Positions 58,597 to 64,000 of a stretch of 64,000 bases of DNA are shown in pieces. The first letter of the stretch is position 1; each line of letters starts with the position of its first letter. Below the pieces are notes generated by a model. The model did no database searches, was not told the DNA's origin, and was given only the letters and a program-made list of their open reading frames with translations. Made by a program: the position numbers and the translations under genes. Source of the stretch: Chitinophagales bacterium (GTDB lineage: Bacteria > Bacteroidota > Bacteroidia > Chitinophagales > JADJOU01); NCBI GenBank assembly GCA_030832185.1, contig JAURJQ010000010.1, forward strand, positions 10,896-74,895. Reading direction: 5' to 3'.

Positions 58597-59433
58597 TTAG
58601 GATGTATAGAATGTAACCAGCGCATCTATTGGACTTTTATCCACCTTATAAATATAAAGATCGTGGGATTTTAGTGCGTTAGACAATTCTTCCTGAAAAA
58701 CGGCGGCTATTGATCCAACAAATCCTATCGGATATTGTTTAGCTTCGGGATAGCAAGCTATGTGATATTGCACAAAATCATTCAGCCCTCTATACAATAA
58801 TTCCTGAATAAATCCATTCTGTCTATACTGACTAGCTATTGGTGCAAAACTAGCGAGATATCGATTCGGTAGTGGCTGCTTATACACGGCTTCAAAGATA
58901 TCTTCCTTATCTAGTCGATAGGTTTCCCAGATATAATTTTGTATTTCAGGAGGCAGCGTCTTATAGATATAGTGTTTCAATAATTCTTTACCTAGATAGG
59001 CTCCAGAAGCCTCATCGCCCAGCACATAGCCTAGGGCGGGTATATTCTGGGTTATTTGCTTTCCATCATAGACGCAGCTATTAGATCCTGTACCTATTAT
59101 GCAGGCTATCCCTTTTTCATAGCCAAATAGGGCTATACAGGCGGCCAGCATATCATGATCTACTATGATTTCTTTTGCTTCGGTGAAGTAACCTTGAAAT
59201 ATTGTTTTTAGAAAATTATTTCTGTCCGCATTAGAGCAGCCAGAGCCGTAAAAAATGATTTTCTCTATTTCCTTTTTATACTGAATTAATTTGGAGTCAT
59301 TCAATTCCTCTAGAACAAAAGCCTCCGAAACAAAGAATGGATTAATACCTCTGGTTTCTGCAGCTATGCTCATTTCTTTATTCACTATTCTCCACTGCGT
59401 CTTAGAACTACCGCTTTCCGCTATGAGTAACAT
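58597..59433 (-). CDS. BadF/BadG/BcrA/BcrD-type ATPase (N-acetylglucosamine kinase-like)
   Basis: N-terminal LLIAESGSSKTQW phosphate-1 motif, IIGTGSNS, and GYVLGDEASGAYLG. Confidence 0.78.
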   Translation of the reverse strand: MLLIAESGSSKTQWRIVNKEMSIAAETRGINPFFVSEAFVLEELNDSKLIQYKKEIEKIIFYGSGCSNADRNNFLKTIFQGYFTEAKEIIVDHDMLAACIALFGYEKGIACIIGTGSNSCVYDGKQITQNIPALGYVLGDEASGAYLGKELLKHYIYKTLPPEIQNYIWETYRLDKEDIFEAVYKQPLPNRYLASFAPIASQYRQNGFIQELLYRGLNDFVQYHIACYPEAKQYPIGFVGSIAAVFQEELSNALKSHDLYIYKVDKSPIDALVTFYTS

Positions 59434-59554
59434 AGGTTATTTTTAAATCGAAAGATAGTGAAAATCTTAAAAAGAGAGTGTTGTTTTTATATCAAGTAGG
59501 TTAAATGATTGCTCTCGAGGTATAAAATATGACTACTGTATATTAAATCTCCCT

Positions 59555-59562
59555 TAGTTTTG
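59555..59562 (+). promoter_or_regulatory. Candidate -7 box TAGTTTTG only 4 nt before the ATG at 59567
   Basis: TAnnTTTG match. The spacing implies a leaderless or near-leaderless transcript if the box is used. Confidence 0.3.
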
Positions 59563-59566
59563 TACT

Positions 59567-60034
59567 ATGACTAAACAAATAATAAGAGAAATCATAGTTT
59601 GGATATTAAGTTTGCTGATAGCATGGGTCGTTTGGTATCCTATCCATCATGTGATTCCATTTCGTTTTTTACCTTTAGGAATCTTCTCGTTTGTTTTATT
59701 GATACAGCTTGCTCGGTGGTTTGTTTTTTACGATCAAGTTCTTATTTTTAAGCCTACCTATTTACGCCTTTTTATTCTCTGTGCCTTATTTTTGGCGGGC
59801 TTTGTCATATGGTCAGAAGGTCAGAAAATAGTTGCCCTAGTTGAGAATATGGAACTGAAAGATATCATGCCAGAAAATGCCACACCTGTATTCCTGAGCT
59901 TTGAGGAGATGTATGATCTATTTAGTTATCTTCGAAATTTACTCATCATTAGCAATTTTGGTACGCCAGGTGTAGCTGCGCTCTTGATGCTGAAAATCAT
60001 GTATAGATCTCTAGGTATGGGGAAGAGGAAGTAA
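59567..60034 (+). CDS. Hypothetical membrane protein (155 aa, ~4 TM)
   Basis: ATG ORF with hydrophobic segments and no motif. Confidence 0.45.
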   Translation: MTKQIIREIIVWILSLLIAWVVWYPIHHVIPFRFLPLGIFSFVLLIQLARWFVFYDQVLIFKPTYLRLFILCALFLAGFVIWSEGQKIVALVENMELKDIMPENATPVFLSFEEMYDLFSYLRNLLIISNFGTPGVAALLMLKIMYRSLGMGKRK

Positions 60035-60316
60035 TAAGTTAATGTACTAATCCTTAATTATACCTTTTATTTACATTAGATTCCGTGTCAAGCACTGAAT
60101 GGCGTGGATTGAGGTCGATAGCAGTCGTAACCACAAACGTCATTTCCGCGAATTTGGAAACCTTATTTTCAAAGGCTAGTAATTTATATTAAACCTAATT
60201 CTAACATATTACATAAATTACACCGACCATGATTTTTCTTTATGTTCGGCATGTGCGGGATAGAATTAACTGGTTTTGTATAATTAATTATCCATGCGGT
60301 CTAGTAAATAAGTTAT

Positions 60317-61285
60317 TTATTTTTTTCTATGAACAGTAAAATCTATTAATGCTAAAAACGCTTGTCTGTAGATAGTGTCTTCAAATTGATTTAAAAGTGC
60401 TTTAGCTTCGCTTGCATAGGTGAGCATAAGCTCCTCGGCATATTGTAGTCCACCATTTTTTTCTACAATGCTAATAATATTTTGAATTGATGAGGCGTTT
60501 TTGTTCCTAAATCGAATCAAGAACATAAGCTTGGTTTTAGCCATCCATGATAGCTTTTTAAATGTGTAAATAAGGGGAAGGGTCATTTTTTGTTCCTTGA
60601 TATCGATCGCAAGGGGCTTGCCTATTTCATCTTTCCCTAGATCTAGCAGGTCATCTTTTATCTGAAATGCCATTCCTATTTTGTAGCCTATGTCTGCGAG
60701 CAGTTGATTTTTAGAAGCATCAGTAGATACGGAATGCGAACCAGCTAGACAAGCAGTTTTAATGAGAGAGGCTGTCTTTTTAGAGATTATCTCATAATAG
60801 ACCTCTTCGGTAATATCGAGCTTCATCGCTTTTTCTATCTGTAAGAGTTCGCCTTCGCTCATTTCCTTCACGGCATTAGACATGATTTGCAACAGCTCAT
60901 ATTGATTATTCTCAAGTGAGATGAGGAGTCCTCGGGATAGCATGAAATCTCCTAGTAAGACTGCAGCTTTGTTTTTCCATTTGGTATTGATAGAGAGAAA
61001 TCCCCTCCGAGTCTCTGCTTCATCTACCACATCGTCATGGACTAGAGTGGCGGTATGAAGGAGTTCTATCATAGTAGCGGCTACGATAGTGGCGTCGTTA
61101 GAAGGTGCTTGAAGTCTGGCAGATAAGAAAACGAGCATGGGTCGCAGTTGTTTCCCTTTCGTTTTGAGTAGGTAGTCAGTTATAAGATTGAGCAGTGGAA
61201 TATCACTTTTGAGCTCGCGCTTCATTCGGGCATGCAGTGCTTGAAGATCTTCCTTTATCAGTTCATTGATTGCTTCGAAATTCAT
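60317..61285 (-). CDS. ispB: Polyprenyl diphosphate synthase (octaprenyl/IspB-type)
   Basis: First DDxxD in LVHDDVVDE, second in FQIKDDLLD, and an N-terminal GKQLRP block. Confidence 0.9.
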   Translation of the reverse strand: MNFEAINELIKEDLQALHARMKRELKSDIPLLNLITDYLLKTKGKQLRPMLVFLSARLQAPSNDATIVAATMIELLHTATLVHDDVVDEAETRRGFLSINTKWKNKAAVLLGDFMLSRGLLISLENNQYELLQIMSNAVKEMSEGELLQIEKAMKLDITEEVYYEIISKKTASLIKTACLAGSHSVSTDASKNQLLADIGYKIGMAFQIKDDLLDLGKDEIGKPLAIDIKEQKMTLPLIYTFKKLSWMAKTKLMFLIRFRNKNASSIQNIISIVEKNGGLQYAEELMLTYASEAKALLNQFEDTIYRQAFLALIDFTVHRKK

Positions 61286-61884
61286 ATCTTTTGGAGCCCT
61301 TTTTCGTAAATAAACACGGATAATATTCCCGCAATAATACCTAAAATACTACCAATAAAAACATCTTCTTTGAAATGACACATCAGGTAGATTCGAGAGA
61401 TTCCTACTAAGATAGCGAGCATGAATAAAACAAGTTGCCATTTTCTATTTAGATTAAAAAAGAAGAGGACAAAGGTCATACAAAAAAAAGCAGTAAAGGT
61501 GTGCCCAGAAGGCATACTGTGTGCATATAGTGGTATAAAGTCGGGAATGGGTGTAATTTCTCCCTGTTTAAAATATGATAAAGGACGTGGATAGTCTAGT
61601 ATCCTTTTTAATGAGAGCATTAATAAATCCAAAGGCACAAAGGCCAGCAGAGCGCTGAAGAAAGCACTGCGATTGGTGATTAGCAGATAGATAGAGATAG
61701 CCGCCAAGCTTATCCATTCTCCTAGATAAGTTGCTAGCTTGAAAAATTCGGTGAGATAGGTCTTTCGATTGTAACAGAAATAGAGCGATTCAAACCCTTT
61801 CTCTGTTGCTAGGATAAACCCTTGCATAACGATACAATATAGACCGACTAGTAGAAAAAAATACTTTCTATTTGGACTTAACAT
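61282..61884 (-). CDS. PAP2-family phosphatase (membrane)
   Basis: Tripartite motif KRILDYPRP ... PSGH ... SRIYLMCHFKEDV. ATGA overlap with ispB. Confidence 0.85.
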   Translation of the reverse strand: MLSPNRKYFFLLVGLYCIVMQGFILATEKGFESLYFCYNRKTYLTEFFKLATYLGEWISLAAISIYLLITNRSAFFSALLAFVPLDLLMLSLKRILDYPRPLSYFKQGEITPIPDFIPLYAHSMPSGHTFTAFFCMTFVLFFFNLNRKWQLVLFMLAILVGISRIYLMCHFKEDVFIGSILGIIAGILSVFIYEKGLQKI

Positions 61885-63313
61885 GCTTTCTAGAAAATTT
61901 TTCTACTACCCAGTTAGCAAATCCTTCGACATTCATCACCTGGCTATCATTCATTGCCTTGTAGGTAAGAAATATACCGAAAGGAAGAAATACAATCGTA
62001 CTAAACCACATACCTAAAAAGGGGGTAGTCTTTTCCTGTTGAGCAAATTCGCCCGATATCTTGGTCAGCATATAATAAATGATAAATAGAATAACGGAGA
62101 TAAACATGGGTAGCCCTATACCACCTTTTTTGATAATAGCTCCTAGAGGCGCTCCTACAAAGAAAAGTACCAAACAAGAGATTGCAAGGGTAAATTTCCG
62201 ATGCCACTCTACTTGCAATAGTTGACGGTTGGAGCGAATGTACCCGTAGTCTGAATTGTGTGTGAATAAACTATTTTTTACTTGACGTATTTTATTACTA
62301 AGGATGACTTTGAAGCGCGCATTTTCATCTGCATTTAATCGGGCTAGACTGTCGTTAAGTGAAATGGCGTTTTGCGCACTCGTGGCTAATAAAAATACAG
62401 GATTCTGCCTAATAAACTGGGTATCAAAACCAAGTCTTTTCGATTTTAACTGTATTTTTAGAGAATCTATGGAATAATTTAGCTGTGAAATATTCATCGA
62501 AAATCGAGCTTCATCAGGGTTTTTATTAAAGTTTTCTGCGAGCTTGAATTGGGTCAGATCGAATCGTTTGTCATAGTTGGAAAATTTCCAAACATAGTGC
62601 GAGTATTTGATATCGTCAAATGAATTACTAGCAACTTCTTTGTACATAGCACCTGTATCCATTCTGAAAATTAACACCTTTCCATTATCACTTTGTATCA
62701 TTCTGGCAGAGCGAGCCATCAGAATGCTTTGATTTCCATTTCCCTTGGTATGATCATATATCTTAAGGCCATATAGCGTACCTGTTTTTTCATCTTTACT
62801 ATCTATTAGTATACTCATGCCCCCGATTCCATTATAAAACTGTTTAGGCTTGATAAGCAACGTGGGTTTCAGATTGCGTATATCTCCCAGCATAGTGAGA
62901 GCCACTGCTTTGGTTTTGGTGAAAATGTAATTAGAGTAATAAAAAGCAAACAAGGAGACAAACATTGAAAATATGATCGTACTCTTGAAAAATCGAAATA
63001 GAGAAATACCACTGGACTTGGCCGAGGTGAGTTCTGAATTCTCTCCAAGTTTACCCATGGTCATGATACTACTAAGCAGAATAGCCAGCGGCAGTGCACT
63101 GGGTATAAGGGTAGAGGAGGTGTACCAGATAAATCGCAATAAATTCTCCGTATCAATGCCCTTACCTATGAGGTCGTCGATATAGACCCATAAAAATTGC
63201 ATGATGAGTACAAACCATGCTAACAAAAACGTGATAATAAAAGGGCCTACATATTGCTGTAATACATACCAATCCAGTTTTTTAAACGTGAAAAAATTGA
63301 TTAGTTTATTCAA
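61868..63313 (-). CDS. LptF/LptG-family (YjgP/YjgQ) permease
   Basis: TTG start. The N-terminus LDWYVLQQYVGPFIITFLLAWFVLIMQF is typical. Topology is three TM, a large periplasmic beta-jellyroll-sized insert, then three TM. Confidence 0.8.
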   Translation of the reverse strand: MNKLINFFTFKKLDWYVLQQYVGPFIITFLLAWFVLIMQFLWVYIDDLIGKGIDTENLLRFIWYTSSTLIPSALPLAILLSSIMTMGKLGENSELTSAKSSGISLFRFFKSTIIFSMFVSLFAFYYSNYIFTKTKAVALTMLGDIRNLKPTLLIKPKQFYNGIGGMSILIDSKDEKTGTLYGLKIYDHTKGNGNQSILMARSARMIQSDNGKVLIFRMDTGAMYKEVASNSFDDIKYSHYVWKFSNYDKRFDLTQFKLAENFNKNPDEARFSMNISQLNYSIDSLKIQLKSKRLGFDTQFIRQNPVFLLATSAQNAISLNDSLARLNADENARFKVILSNKIRQVKNSLFTHNSDYGYIRSNRQLLQVEWHRKFTLAISCLVLFFVGAPLGAIIKKGGIGLPMFISVILFIIYYMLTKISGEFAQQEKTTPFLGMWFSTIVFLPFGIFLTYKAMNDSQVMNVEGFANWVVEKFSRKHVKSK

Positions 63314-63357
63314 TCAGAGTATCTATTATTAGATAGAAGGTAAATAGCTTTATCTAC

Positions 63358-64000
63358 CTAGACCAGCATATTCACAGGATTCTCTATGTATTTTTTGACA
63401 TCGGCAAGGAATGCAGAACCTACTGCACCATCTACTACTCTGTGGTCGCAGCTTAGGGTGAGTTTCATGACGGAGGTCGGAACTATTTGGCCATTTTTTA
63501 CACCAGCTATTTCTTTCATAGCTCCTACTGCCAGAATACATGCATCTGGGGTATTAATGATCGCAGTAAATTCTTCTATACCCATCATTCCTAAATTAGA
63601 GATGGAGAAGGTATTGCCCTTCATATCATCGGGCATTATTTGTTTATTCTTTGCTTTTTCTGCATAAGACTTGCTACTAGCAGCTATCTGGCTTAGACTG
63701 AGTAAATCTGCACTTCGTATCACTGGTACTACAAGACCATCGGGCACTGCCACCGCCATACCTATATTGACATGGTGATTGATTCGGATTTTATCGCCAA
63801 GCCATGAAGCATTCACAAAAGGGTGTTTTTTAAGTGCAGTAGCACAGGCCTTGATTACGATATCATTGAATGAAATCTTGACAGGAGAGACACCATTCAT
63901 CTGCTCTCGGGCTAGTATGGCATTATCCATATTGACCTCAATTGTCAAATAGAAATGCGGTGCCGAGTACATAGACTCAGCCAGTCGCTTGGCTATGACT
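63358..64000 (-). CDS. 2-oxoacid dehydrogenase E2 (dihydrolipoamide acyltransferase), catalytic domain; 5' part lies beyond the window
   Basis: Active-site motif LTLSCDHRVVDGAVGSAFL. The frame stays open upstream of the tracked Met to the window end (VIAKRLAESMYSAPHFYL). Confidence 0.92.
   Translation of the reverse strand, partial: VIAKRLAESMYSAPHFYLTIEVNMDNAILAREQMNGVSPVKISFNDIVIKACATALKKHPFVNASWLGDKIRINHHVNIGMAVAVPDGLVVPVIRSADLLSLSQIAASSKSYAEKAKNKQIMPDDMKGNTFSISNLGMMGIEEFTAIINTPDACILAVGAMKEIAGVKNGQIVPTSVMKLTLSCDHRVVDGAVGSAFLADVKKYIENPVNMLV

Overview
AT-rich chromosomal segment with Bacteroidota hallmarks: two type IX secretion (T9SS) cargo proteins with type-B C-terminal sorting domains, a PorP/SprF gene, recurrent TAnnTTTG -7 boxes, and several TTG/GTG starts. 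About 58 protein-coding genes are tightly packed with many 1-30 nt overlaps. I found no rRNA, tRNA, CRISPR array, transposase or integrase. Most of the content is housekeeping. It includes a 5'-partial RluA-type pseudouridine synthase, bamA, glyA-gcvH, rpsA and atpBEFHAG (no atpD/atpC). It also includes fbaB, pruA, mreBCD, cysN, rdgB, a polyprenyl synthase/PAP2/LptFG/E2 operon and an acyl-CoA carboxyltransferase. No complete, obviously novel multi-gene system can be demonstrated from sequence alone. The items most worth a second look are listed here. (1) A perfect 33-nt palindrome lies inside an ORF6N/KilA-N gene and recurs 17 nt upstream of that gene's start codon. (2) An orphan ~1000-aa secreted helical protein ends in a caspase/CHAT-like His...Cys alpha/beta domain. 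(3) An overlapping five-gene operon links MobA and FdhD to a THEP1-like NTPase, a polytopic membrane protein and a small unknown protein, with no molybdoenzyme nearby. (4) An operon of apparent pseudoenzymes (CapA-like/SPOR, M16-like without HxxEH) is coupled to a T9SS cargo. (5) A 2190-aa adhesin carries a ~556-aa tandem super-module duplication, with a heptamer array at its junction with porP/sprF. (6) A 917-bp gene-poor gap holds a start-less membrane-protein ORF remnant. All functional calls rest on by-eye motif recognition; no database search was possible.
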